Source: Vicinamibacterales bacterium
GTDB lineage: Bacteria > Acidobacteriota > Vicinamibacteria > Vicinamibacterales > UBA2999
Reading direction: 5' to 3'
DNA: 64,000 bases
Assembly (NCBI GenBank): GCA_041659285.1
Contig: JBAZYO010000020.1
Span: 1,580-65,579 of the forward strand
Part shown: one piece after another, positions 22,344 to 30,736 of the stretch
Layout: every line of letters starts with the position of its first letter
How positions within the stretch are numbered: position 1 is the stretch's first letter
Made by a program: the position numbers and the translations under genes
Notes under the pieces: model-generated
What the model was told of the DNA's origin: nothing
The model's database searches: none
Seen by the model: only the letters and a program-made list of their open reading frames with translations

Positions 22344-23126
22344 ATGACCACCATCACCAGCCGCCACCACGCCATCGTCAAGGAATTCCGCGAGCTGGCT
22401 CGCGGCGGCGGCCCCATGATGCTGCTCGACGGGTGGCACTTACTCACCGAGGCCGTCACTGCCGGCATGGTAATCGAGACGGTCGCCGTGTGCGGTCCGC
22501 CGACCGCTGACGAACAGAATGTGATCGATCGCGCCCGCCGCGCCGGCGCGCACGTCGTCGAGGTGTCGAGCGCCGCCCTCAACGCGATGTCGCCCGTCAA
22601 CTCGCCCACCGGGGTCGTCGCGTCGGCGCGAAAGCCGGCGGCTGACGCCGCCGCCATGCTGGCGCCGCCGCCCGCGCTGGTGCTGGCGGCATTCGGCATC
22701 CAGGACCCGGGCAACGCCGGTGCGGTGATTCGTTCAGCGGCCGCGGCCGGCGCCACCGGGGTGCTCGTCAACGAGGCGACCGCCGATCCGTGGGGCTGGA
22801 AGGCGCTGCGCGCCTCGATGGGCAGCGTGTTTCACCTGCCGGTGATCCGGACCCGCGCCCCCATGGCGTCGATCGAGAGTTGGCAGGCGGCCGGCCTGAC
22901 GGTGGCCGCCGCGGTTCCCCGCGGCGGCGTGTCGATGTACGACATGGACTTGAGTCAGCCAGTCGCGATCCTGATGGGTGGCGAAGGCCCCGGCCTGCCT
23001 GCCGACGTGATCGAGGCAGCCGACACCCGCGTCAGCATCCCCATGAGCGCGCCGATCGAATCACTCAACGTCGCCGTCGCCGCCGCGCTGTTGTTGTACG
23101 AAGCGCGACGGCAGCGGCGTCGATGA
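22344..23126 (+). CDS. TrmH/SpoU family RNA 2'-O-methyltransferase
   Basis: SPOUT motifs (IQDPGNAGAVIRSAAAAG, ILMGGEGPGL, VSIPMSAPIESLNVAVAAALLLYE). Start moved to the ATG at 22344. Confidence 0.85.
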   Translation: MTTITSRHHAIVKEFRELARGGGPMMLLDGWHLLTEAVTAGMVIETVAVCGPPTADEQNVIDRARRAGAHVVEVSSAALNAMSPVNSPTGVVASARKPAADAAAMLAPPPALVLAAFGIQDPGNAGAVIRSAAAAGATGVLVNEATADPWGWKALRASMGSVFHLPVIRTRAPMASIESWQAAGLTVAAAVPRGGVSMYDMDLSQPVAILMGGEGPGLPADVIEAADTRVSIPMSAPIESLNVAVAAALLLYEARRQRRR

Positions 23127-23130
23127 CCGG

Positions 23131-24033
23131 TTACGCCAGCGCCGACTTGTAGAGCGCCAGCAGCTTCGCCCACGCCTTCTCGGCATCGGGCTTGTTGTAG
23201 ATCGGGCTGCCGGCCTGGGCCGGCATGTCGGGCACGCACCACCCGTGCAACCCACCGTACACCTCAATCTCCGCGGGCACCTTGGCGTCGGCGAACGCCT
23301 GCTTCAACTGGTCTTTCGCATCCGGCTGCCGCGAGTCGTCGTTCGAGGCAATGCCGATGTAGAGCTGCGCCTGCATTTGCGGAATCAACATATGCGGGCT
23401 GGTGGGGCTGGTGGTGACGAGGCCGCCGCCATGGAAGGACGCGCCGGCGCCGATGCGAGCGGGAACCGCCGCCGCCGTCCTGAACACCAGCGGGCCGCCC
23501 ATGCAGTAGCCCTGCGTGCCGACCTTCTTCGCCTTGTTGACCTGCGGCTGGGCGTCGAGGAAGCCGACCAGTGCCACGGCGTCGCGCTCCGCCGCGCCCG
23601 CGGCGTTGATGCCGCCCATGAAGCTCTGCAGCCGCGTCATGTCTTCCTTGCTCTGGAAGCTGAACGTCTTGGTGTCGAGGCCCGGTACTGGCGCCTTGGC
23701 CATGCGATAGAACGGGTTGGGCACCAACACCGAATACCCGTCGGCCGCCAGGCGCTTCGCCATGTCGCGCATGGCCGGCCGAAGGCCGAAGGCGTCGGGC
23801 CAGATGATCACGGCGGGATGCGAACCCGAGGCGGGATGAATGAACGCGGCGTCGCAGGTGCCGTCGGGGGTCTTGATCTCGACGTCCCTCTCCGTGATCG
23901 CCATCTGGGCGTGGGCGCCGGCGCCCGTGGCGGCGGCGAGGCCGGCCGCCAGGGACAACGCCACGAAGTCGCGGCGCGAGAGGTCATTGAGCGATGCGTC
24001 CTGCTTCCCGGGATTCTTCCTGTCGTCTGACAT
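23131..24033 (-). CDS. dienelactone hydrolase family protein with Tat-type signal
   Basis: Twin-arginine-like leader SRRDFVALSLAAGLAAATGAGAHA and a DLH core (nucleophile elbow GYCMGG). Confidence 0.85.
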   Translation of the reverse strand: MSDDRKNPGKQDASLNDLSRRDFVALSLAAGLAAATGAGAHAQMAITERDVEIKTPDGTCDAAFIHPASGSHPAVIIWPDAFGLRPAMRDMAKRLAADGYSVLVPNPFYRMAKAPVPGLDTKTFSFQSKEDMTRLQSFMGGINAAGAAERDAVALVGFLDAQPQVNKAKKVGTQGYCMGGPLVFRTAAAVPARIGAGASFHGGGLVTTSPTSPHMLIPQMQAQLYIGIASNDDSRQPDAKDQLKQAFADAKVPAEIEVYGGLHGWCVPDMPAQAGSPIYNKPDAEKAWAKLLALYKSALA

Positions 24034-24115
24034 GCGGACTCCTCCGGCGCCATCCTACCTCAGAGCTCGCCACGCCGAGACCTTTGGCGGAGGCGGGGCC
24101 ACGCTATGATCAGGC

Positions 24116-25447
24116 ATGAGCTTGTTCGACGACGAGCCGGTGCCCGTCGATCCCAGGACGGTGCCGCTGGCCGAGCGGATGCGTCCCCGCACCATCGACG
24201 AAATCGTCGGCCAGGATGAGCTGGTGGCGCCCGGCCGCCCGCTGCGCGAGATGATCGATCGCGACCTGCTGCAGTCGATCATCCTGTGGGGCCCGCCCGG
24301 AACGGGCAAGACCACCGTGGCCCGGCTGATTGCCGACCTGACGAAGGCGGAATTCGTGGCCTTCAGTGCCGTGCTCGCCGGCATCAAGGAGGTCAAGGAC
24401 GTGATGGCCACCGCCGTGCAGCGCCGGCGCCTGACCGGCAAGCGCACCATCGTGTTCATCGACGAGATCCACCGCTTCAACAAGGCGCAGCAGGACGCGT
24501 TTCTGCCGCGCGTCGAAAGCGGCGACATCGTGCTGATTGGCGCGACCACCGAGAACCCGTCGTTCGAAGTCAACGCGGCGCTGCTGTCGCGATCCAAGGT
24601 CTTCGTCCTCACGCCGCTGGACGAAGGCGCCATCGTCACCATCCTCCGCAAGGCGCTGACCGACGTGGAGCACGGGTTGGGGCGCCAGAAACCGGAGGCC
24701 GACGATGAGGCGCTGCGCGCGATTGCGAGGTTCGCGAACGGCGACGCGCGGTCGGCGCTGAACCTGCTGCAGCTCACCGTGTCGTCGGCGAACAACCCGG
24801 CTGGGCGTCCACGCATCGACAAGGCCCTGCTCGAGAAGACGCTGCAGAACCGGACGCTGCTCTACGACAAGAGCGGCGAGGAGCACTACAACCTGATGTC
24901 GGCCCTGCACAAGTCGATGCGCAACAGCGACGCCGACGCCTCCATCTACTGGCTGGCGCGCATGGTGGAGGCCGGCGAAGATCCCAAGTACATCGCGCGG
25001 CGGCTGATTCGGTTCGCGTCGGAGGACATCGGCAACGCCGATCCGCAGGCCATGACCATCGCCGTCTCGGCCAAGGATGCCGTGCACTTCATCGGCATGC
25101 CCGAGGGCAACACCGCGCTCGCGCAGTGCGTCCTGTACCTCGCCACGGCGCCGAAGAGCAACGCGGTCTACACCGCCTACGGCGCCGCCGCCGAGGCCGC
25201 GAAGAACGACGTCGCCTCCCCGGTGCCGCTGCACCTGCGGAACGCACCGACGAAGCTGATGAAGCAATTGGACTACGGCAAGGGCTACCAGTACGCCCAC
25301 GACGAGCCGGACGCCGTGGCGAGCATGGATTGCCTGCCGGAGAACCTGAAGGGGCGGGAGTTCTACAAGCCGACGGACTACGGGTTTGAGAAAGAGATCA
25401 GGAAGCGCCTGGCCTGGTGGAAATCCAAGCGGACAGGGTCCGGCTAA
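24116..25447 (+). CDS. rarA: replication-associated recombination protein A (AAA+ ATPase)
   Basis: Walker A GPPGTGKTT, Walker B VFIDEIHRFNKAQQD and the MgsA C-terminal domain. The last codons TCC GGC TAA lie inside a REP hairpin. Confidence 0.95.
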   Translation: MSLFDDEPVPVDPRTVPLAERMRPRTIDEIVGQDELVAPGRPLREMIDRDLLQSIILWGPPGTGKTTVARLIADLTKAEFVAFSAVLAGIKEVKDVMATAVQRRRLTGKRTIVFIDEIHRFNKAQQDAFLPRVESGDIVLIGATTENPSFEVNAALLSRSKVFVLTPLDEGAIVTILRKALTDVEHGLGRQKPEADDEALRAIARFANGDARSALNLLQLTVSSANNPAGRPRIDKALLEKTLQNRTLLYDKSGEEHYNLMSALHKSMRNSDADASIYWLARMVEAGEDPKYIARRLIRFASEDIGNADPQAMTIAVSAKDAVHFIGMPEGNTALAQCVLYLATAPKSNAVYTAYGAAAEAAKNDVASPVPLHLRNAPTKLMKQLDYGKGYQYAHDEPDAVASMDCLPENLKGREFYKPTDYGFEKEIRKRLAWWKSKRTGSG

Positions 25448-25519
25448 AGCCGGACGCCACATCGATGTAGCATCCGGCTTCAGTAGCCACATCGACGTAG
25501 CATCCGGCTTTAGCCGGAT
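25439..25519. repeat. cluster of three class-B REP-like units (TCCGGC-TAAA-GCCGGA; GTAGCATCCGGC-TTCA-GTAGCC degenerate; GTAGCATCCGGC-TTTA-GCCGGAT)
   Basis: Read directly from the sequence. The units are joined by ACATCGATGT / ACATCGACGT spacers. The cluster lies between the convergent rarA and PQQ dehydrogenase genes. Confidence 0.9.
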
Positions 25520-25522
25520 TGA

Positions 25523-27238
25523 TTACGGCAGGGCGAAGAAGTACACGCGCCCTTTGCTGATCCCCGACATCACGGCGATGTACTGCTTGCCATCCAGCTC
25601 GTAGCTGATCGGCGTGGCCACGCCCGGCAGCATCTGCGCTTCCCACAAGGTCTTGCCGGTCGTGGGCTCCATCGCGAACAGCTTGCCGGCGGAGTTGCCC
25701 GCGAAGATCAACTGCCCCGCCGTGGAGAGCGCACCGCCGCTCGCGAGGAACGGAATCTTCCACGCCGCCTTCTGCGCGACCGGGTCCCATGCCACGAAGA
25801 ACCCGCCGGCTGGCGGCGCCTTCGGATCGGGCGGCGGGGGCGGCACCGGCTTGGTTCCCGGTGGTGTCCCGCGGCGAATCCCGAGGTTCCACTGCCCTTC
25901 CTTGAACTCGAACTTCTCTTCCATCGCGAACACCGAGCTGGTTTCCTGGCCCGGGTAATACACGAGGCCCGTGGCCGGGTTGAACGCCATGGGCGGCCAG
26001 TGATGGGCACCCACCGGTGACGGGGACAAGCGGACCGGGGTGTAGCGGTAGCGCGCGGCTTCGGTCTCGATCGGCCGTCCCGTCTGCTGGTCGATGCCGG
26101 TGGCCCACGAAGTGAACACGTAGGGCGCGCCGGAGATCAACTTGCCGGTCGCGCGATCGAGGACGTAGAAGAACCCGTTCTTCGGCGCCTGCATCAGCAC
26201 CTTACGGACCTGGTTACCGATGGTGACGTCGGCGAGGATCATCGGCTGGGCCGAGTTGTAGTCCCAGTTGTCGCTGGGGGTCGTCTGGTAGTGCCACACG
26301 TACTTGCCGGTGTCGGCATTGAGCGCCACGATCGACGCCAGGTACAGGTTGTCGCCGCCGCCGGGGCTGCGGTGGTTGGCGTTCCACGGCGAGCCGTTGC
26401 CGGTGCCGACGTAGACCAGGTTCAGTTCAGGGTCGTAGGCAATGCCGTCCCACGGCGTGCCGCCGCCGCCGTACTTCCACCACTGGCCGTTCCAGGTCTT
26501 GGCCGCGCGCGCGAGGGCCTCGTCTTCAAATGGCTTCGAGGGGTCGCCGGGAATCACGTAGAACTTCCACGCCAGCTTGCCGGTGGCGGCATCAAAGGCG
26601 GCCAGGAAGCCGCGCACGCCGTATTCGGCGCCGCCCTGCCCAATCACGACCTTGCCCTTGACGATGCGCGGCGCGCCCGTGATCGTGTAGTCGGTCCCGG
26701 GAGGCGTGGTCTGCACCGACCACACCGGCACACCGGTCTCGGCGTCGAGCGCCAGCAGGCGGCCGTCGAGCAGGCCGACATAGACGCGGCCGTCATACAA
26801 CGCCACGCCGCGGTTCACCGGACCGCAGCAGGGCCGCGGCCCCATGGCTTCGGTGCCGCCGCGCACCAGCGCCGGGTCGAACTGCCACTTCACCTTCTTC
26901 GTCCGCAGGTCAACGGCGTAGATCTCGCTCCAGGTGGAGGTGCCGTAGAGCACGCCGTCGAAGACCAGCGGCGTGGTTTCCAGCTTGCCGTCGGAGCCGA
27001 CTTCCACCGACCACGCCTCGGCCAGCCGGCTGACGTTGCCCTGGTCGATCTGCTTGAGCGGGCTATGGTGCGTTTCCGCGTAGTCGCGTCCGTAGGTGAC
27101 CCAGTCGCCGTCGGCCGGTTTCAGCAACGTCGCCTCGTCCACTTTGCGCGCGGCCTGCTGCCCGTTGAGGGCCACCACTGCGACGCATCCAACCAGGCCG
27201 GCTGCCACCCAGCCCGCCCAACGCCTTGTCACGATCAT
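25523..27238 (-). CDS. PQQ-dependent alcohol dehydrogenase (methanol/ethanol quinoprotein family)
   Basis: N-terminal signal/anchor, WVTYGRDYAETHHSPL start of the propeller, the vicinal Cys-Cys (PRPCCGPVNRG) typical of quinoprotein ADH, and repeated W-motifs. Start moved to the ATG at 27238. Confidence 0.9.
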   Translation of the reverse strand: MIVTRRWAGWVAAGLVGCVAVVALNGQQAARKVDEATLLKPADGDWVTYGRDYAETHHSPLKQIDQGNVSRLAEAWSVEVGSDGKLETTPLVFDGVLYGTSTWSEIYAVDLRTKKVKWQFDPALVRGGTEAMGPRPCCGPVNRGVALYDGRVYVGLLDGRLLALDAETGVPVWSVQTTPPGTDYTITGAPRIVKGKVVIGQGGAEYGVRGFLAAFDAATGKLAWKFYVIPGDPSKPFEDEALARAAKTWNGQWWKYGGGGTPWDGIAYDPELNLVYVGTGNGSPWNANHRSPGGGDNLYLASIVALNADTGKYVWHYQTTPSDNWDYNSAQPMILADVTIGNQVRKVLMQAPKNGFFYVLDRATGKLISGAPYVFTSWATGIDQQTGRPIETEAARYRYTPVRLSPSPVGAHHWPPMAFNPATGLVYYPGQETSSVFAMEEKFEFKEGQWNLGIRRGTPPGTKPVPPPPPDPKAPPAGGFFVAWDPVAQKAAWKIPFLASGGALSTAGQLIFAGNSAGKLFAMEPTTGKTLWEAQMLPGVATPISYELDGKQYIAVMSGISKGRVYFFALP

Positions 27239-27258
27239 GAGGAAGTCTCCCGAGAGGA

Positions 27259-27993
27259 TTATAGGGGTGAGAGCCCGATTTTCAAACGAGCCAGAAAGGT
27301 GTTCATCGCCTGGATGACAACGTCCGGAATGTCGTGTCCGCCATCGAAGGGGAACCACGTGACGTCCAGACCGGCCGCCCGGGTGCGCGCCTGGAACCGC
27401 TCCATGGCCGCAAACGACAGCACCCCGTCGTTTCGCCCGTGCGCAATGAAGATCGGCAGCTGCCGGCGGCCCGGGAACCGTTCCACCCACGCCGCTTCGT
27501 TCACGGGGGTTCCGGAAAGCAGAATGAGGGCGGCCAGCTTCTGGTCTGTTTGAAACGCAATCTCCGCACTCAGCATCGCGCCCTGGGAGAAACCGCCCAG
27601 CACGATGGGCTCATGCACGTCCTTCAGGAGGTTGCGCACGAGTTGTGACGCCACCTTGATCCCGGCGGGCCTGCTCGACGACAGGTCGGGCAGGCCGTCG
27701 CCATCGCGCGGCATATAGCCCTCGAGCTGCAGCCACCACCATCCCCGCTGGCCGGTGGGGCTGCGCAGGGGGCCTTGGGGAAACATCAGCCGGGCATGTG
27801 CGGGAGCCTGGATCTTCCCGACGAACTGCAGCCACTCCTCGGCCCGCGACCCGTAGCCGTGCAGCAAGACGAGCGACGGCGGCCCCGGCCCGCCGCGGAC
27901 GATGGCCGAGAGGGCGAACACCTGGATCCACAGCCAGAACACGGCCAGCGCCATCAAGGTCACCAGGCCGGCGGTGAAGGTCCAGCGCTTCAT
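27259..27993 (-). CDS. membrane-anchored alpha/beta hydrolase (phospholipase/carboxylesterase family)
   Basis: TM helix, LVLLHGYGSRAEEW and nucleophile elbow GGFSQGA. Its ATG overlaps the mutL stop (TGATG). Confidence 0.75.
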   Translation of the reverse strand: MKRWTFTAGLVTLMALAVFWLWIQVFALSAIVRGGPGPPSLVLLHGYGSRAEEWLQFVGKIQAPAHARLMFPQGPLRSPTGQRGWWWLQLEGYMPRDGDGLPDLSSSRPAGIKVASQLVRNLLKDVHEPIVLGGFSQGAMLSAEIAFQTDQKLAALILLSGTPVNEAAWVERFPGRRQLPIFIAHGRNDGVLSFAAMERFQARTRAAGLDVTWFPFDGGHDIPDVVIQAMNTFLARLKIGLSPL

Positions 27994-29771
27994 CAGATGC
28001 GGTCGAAGTTCTTTTCGATTTCGCGCCGGGTGATGCGCAACATCACCGGACGGCCGTGCGGGCACACCGTGGAGTACGCGGTGGCGCGCAGCTCCTCGAG
28101 AATGTGGTGCATCTTCTCCAGGGTCAGCGGGTAGTTCGCCTTGACCGCGGCGTGGCAGGCGGTGGTGGCCGCGATCTGCTTGAGCGAGTCCTCGAGCCGC
28201 AGTCCGCGGTCGAGGCCTTCGAGATCGTCGGCGAGGGCGCGCAGCGCCGCGTCGCATTCATCGCGCGGGAGCAGCGCCGGCATCGCCGTCACCTTGATGC
28301 TGTCGCCGCCGAACTCTTCCACTTCGAACCCGAATTTCGCCAGCGCGTCGGCGCGCGAGATCAACGCGTTGCGCTCCGCCGACGGCAACTCGAGCACCAT
28401 CGGCACCAGCATGCCTTGGCTCTCGAGAGACTGGGTGGTGAGCCGCTGCATGATCCGCTCGAACAGCACGCGCTCGTGGGCCACGTGCTGATCGATGATG
28501 CACAGCCCTTCATCGTCCATGGCAATGATGAAGGTGTCGCGAAACTGGCCGAGGGCAATCATCGGACGGACCGTCGGCAGTGTGTCCGCGGTGGGCGGCG
28601 CGACGGCCGCCACTGCTTCGGTCGAGGCCGGCGGCGGTTCGTAGCGAGGCACCGGGTTGTACGAGGGCGCCGGCCCCGGTGGTGCCCAGCGGCTCGTGAA
28701 ACTGGCGCCGGCCAGCGCTCCGGGGATGGATGGCTGCAGCGGCCGGCCGGGCAACACGTCCGCCGTGTGCAGTGTCAACTCGGGCGCGGGTCCCTTGCCC
28801 AGCGCATCGCCAAGCGCGCGGCGGACCATCTCGTGCACGAGCGACTGCTCGCGGAACCGCACCTCCGCCTTGGTCGGGTGGACGTTCACGTCCACGCGGT
28901 CCGGCGGCACATCGAGGAACAGGTGCACCTCGGGGCTGCGCTCCTTGTTGGTCGCCACGCTGTAGGAATCGAGAATGGCGTGCGCGATGGTCTTGTCCTT
29001 GACGATGCGGCGGTTCACGAACACATGCTGCAGCCCGCGCACCGGGCCCTGTTCCGCCAGCGCGGCGATGAAGCCGTGCAGGCGCAGGCCGCCGAACTCG
29101 CGATCGACCGCCACCAGGTCCTGGCGATCGCCATAGAGCTGGTAGATGCGGTCCCACAGGCTCGCCACCGGCGGCACGGCCAGCACCTTGCGGCCGGTGC
29201 TGATCAGCGTGAATCCCACCTCGGGGTAACAGAGCGCCAGCTGGGTCACGAAGCGCGAGACCTGGGCGGCCTCGGCGGCGTCGGACTTCAGGAACTTCCT
29301 GCGGGCCGGCAGGTTGTAGAAGACGTCGGCCACTTCCACCATCGTGCCTTCGGGGCCGCCAGACTCGACCACCGACTCGATGATGCCGGCATTAACGCGG
29401 ATCTCGGTGCCGCTGTCACTCCCCCGCGCCCGCGTGCGCAGCCGGAAGTGCGAGACCGACGCAATCGACGGCAGCGCTTCGCCGCGAAACCCCAGCGTGA
29501 CGATGGCGCCGAGGTCGTCGGCGCGCTTGATCTTACTGGTGGCGTGGCGCTCCAGGCACAATCGCGCGTCATCGGGGTCCATCCCCATGCCGTCGTCTTC
29601 GACGCGGATCAACTTCTTGCCGCCGTACTCGACGGTGATGGTGACGCGCGTCGCCTTGGCGTCGATGGCGTTCTCGACCAGTTCCTTCACGACGGAGGCG
29701 GGACGTTCCACCACTTCGCCGGCGGCGATCTGGTTGGCGAGGTCGTCGGGCAGACGCGTGATGCGGCCCAT
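27993..29771 (-). CDS. mutL: DNA mismatch repair protein MutL
   Basis: GHKL ATPase N-terminus (LANQIAAGEVVERPASVVKELVENAIDA) and the MutL C-terminal dimerisation domain. Start set at the ATG at 29771, overlapping the corA stop; the GTG at 29780 is possible. Confidence 0.95.
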   Translation of the reverse strand: MGRITRLPDDLANQIAAGEVVERPASVVKELVENAIDAKATRVTITVEYGGKKLIRVEDDGMGMDPDDARLCLERHATSKIKRADDLGAIVTLGFRGEALPSIASVSHFRLRTRARGSDSGTEIRVNAGIIESVVESGGPEGTMVEVADVFYNLPARRKFLKSDAAEAAQVSRFVTQLALCYPEVGFTLISTGRKVLAVPPVASLWDRIYQLYGDRQDLVAVDREFGGLRLHGFIAALAEQGPVRGLQHVFVNRRIVKDKTIAHAILDSYSVATNKERSPEVHLFLDVPPDRVDVNVHPTKAEVRFREQSLVHEMVRRALGDALGKGPAPELTLHTADVLPGRPLQPSIPGALAGASFTSRWAPPGPAPSYNPVPRYEPPPASTEAVAAVAPPTADTLPTVRPMIALGQFRDTFIIAMDDEGLCIIDQHVAHERVLFERIMQRLTTQSLESQGMLVPMVLELPSAERNALISRADALAKFGFEVEEFGGDSIKVTAMPALLPRDECDAALRALADDLEGLDRGLRLEDSLKQIAATTACHAAVKANYPLTLEKMHHILEELRATAYSTVCPHGRPVMLRITRREIEKNFDRI

Positions 29772-30736
29772 TACCACCACCCCGACTTGCGAAACCAGAC
29801 GAACAGGCCCAGGCTCGAGAGCACCATCACGGCAACGATTTCCCAGAACTGGTACGCGGGGTTGCCAACCAGGCTGGGGATCGGCACGTTCATGCCGAAC
29901 AGGCCGGTGATCACCGTCATCGGGCCAAACAGGGTCGCGATGACGGCCAGCACCTTGGAGACGTCAGCGAGGCGGTTCGAGACGCTGGCCAGGTGCGCGT
30001 CGAGGATGCCGGTGACCCGATCGTGGAACATGATGCCATCGTCGGCCATGCGGGCGAACTGGTCGTAGACGTCGCGGAACCGGTACGCCATCTCCTGGTT
30101 GATGATGTCGAACTCGCGCCGGGCCAGGCGGCCCACCGCGTCGCGCTGCGGCACCAGGATGCGCCGGAGCATGGTGATGTCCCGCTTGACCGCGAGGATA
30201 TCGCCGACCGTCGATTCCGCGGGGTCTTCAATCACGCGATCTTCGATGACGTCGAGCCGCTCCTCGACCTCGTCCACCTCGGGGCGGTAGTGGTCCACCA
30301 TGGTGTCCACGATCCGGTGAAACAGCGCGATCGGGCCTTCGGCCAGGATGTGGTCGGTGCGCCCGCACAACTCGCTGACGTGGGCGATGCTGCGGCGCTG
30401 GCCGTCGTGAACCGTGACCAGGAAACCGGTGGACAGGAAGAAGTCGGTCTCCGTGGTCTCGAACTTATGCTCCTCGGCGTGGAAGTTGATGCCGTGCAGC
30501 ACGACGTAGAGATACTTGCCGTAGCTCTCCACCTTCGGGTTGGCCTCGCGCTGCACCGCGGCTTCGACGGCCAGTTCGTGCAGGCCGAAGCCGTCTCGCA
30601 GGACGGCGGCGTCGGCCTCGGTCGGTTCCACCACGTCCGCCCACACCACGACCCCGCTGTCGGGCGACAGCCAGGCCGGGTCGAGGCGGTCCACCAACTC
30701 GGTGCGACCGCCCCTGTGGACGAAGTAGCGAATCAA
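29771..30736 (-). CDS. corA: magnesium/cobalt transporter CorA
   Basis: C-terminal TM pair with the GMN motif (ITGLFGMNVP). Its TTG start overlaps the ppdK stop (TTGA). Confidence 0.9.
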   Translation of the reverse strand: MIRYFVHRGGRTELVDRLDPAWLSPDSGVVVWADVVEPTEADAAVLRDGFGLHELAVEAAVQREANPKVESYGKYLYVVLHGINFHAEEHKFETTETDFFLSTGFLVTVHDGQRRSIAHVSELCGRTDHILAEGPIALFHRIVDTMVDHYRPEVDEVEERLDVIEDRVIEDPAESTVGDILAVKRDITMLRRILVPQRDAVGRLARREFDIINQEMAYRFRDVYDQFARMADDGIMFHDRVTGILDAHLASVSNRLADVSKVLAVIATLFGPMTVITGLFGMNVPIPSLVGNPAYQFWEIVAVMVLSSLGLFVWFRKSGWW

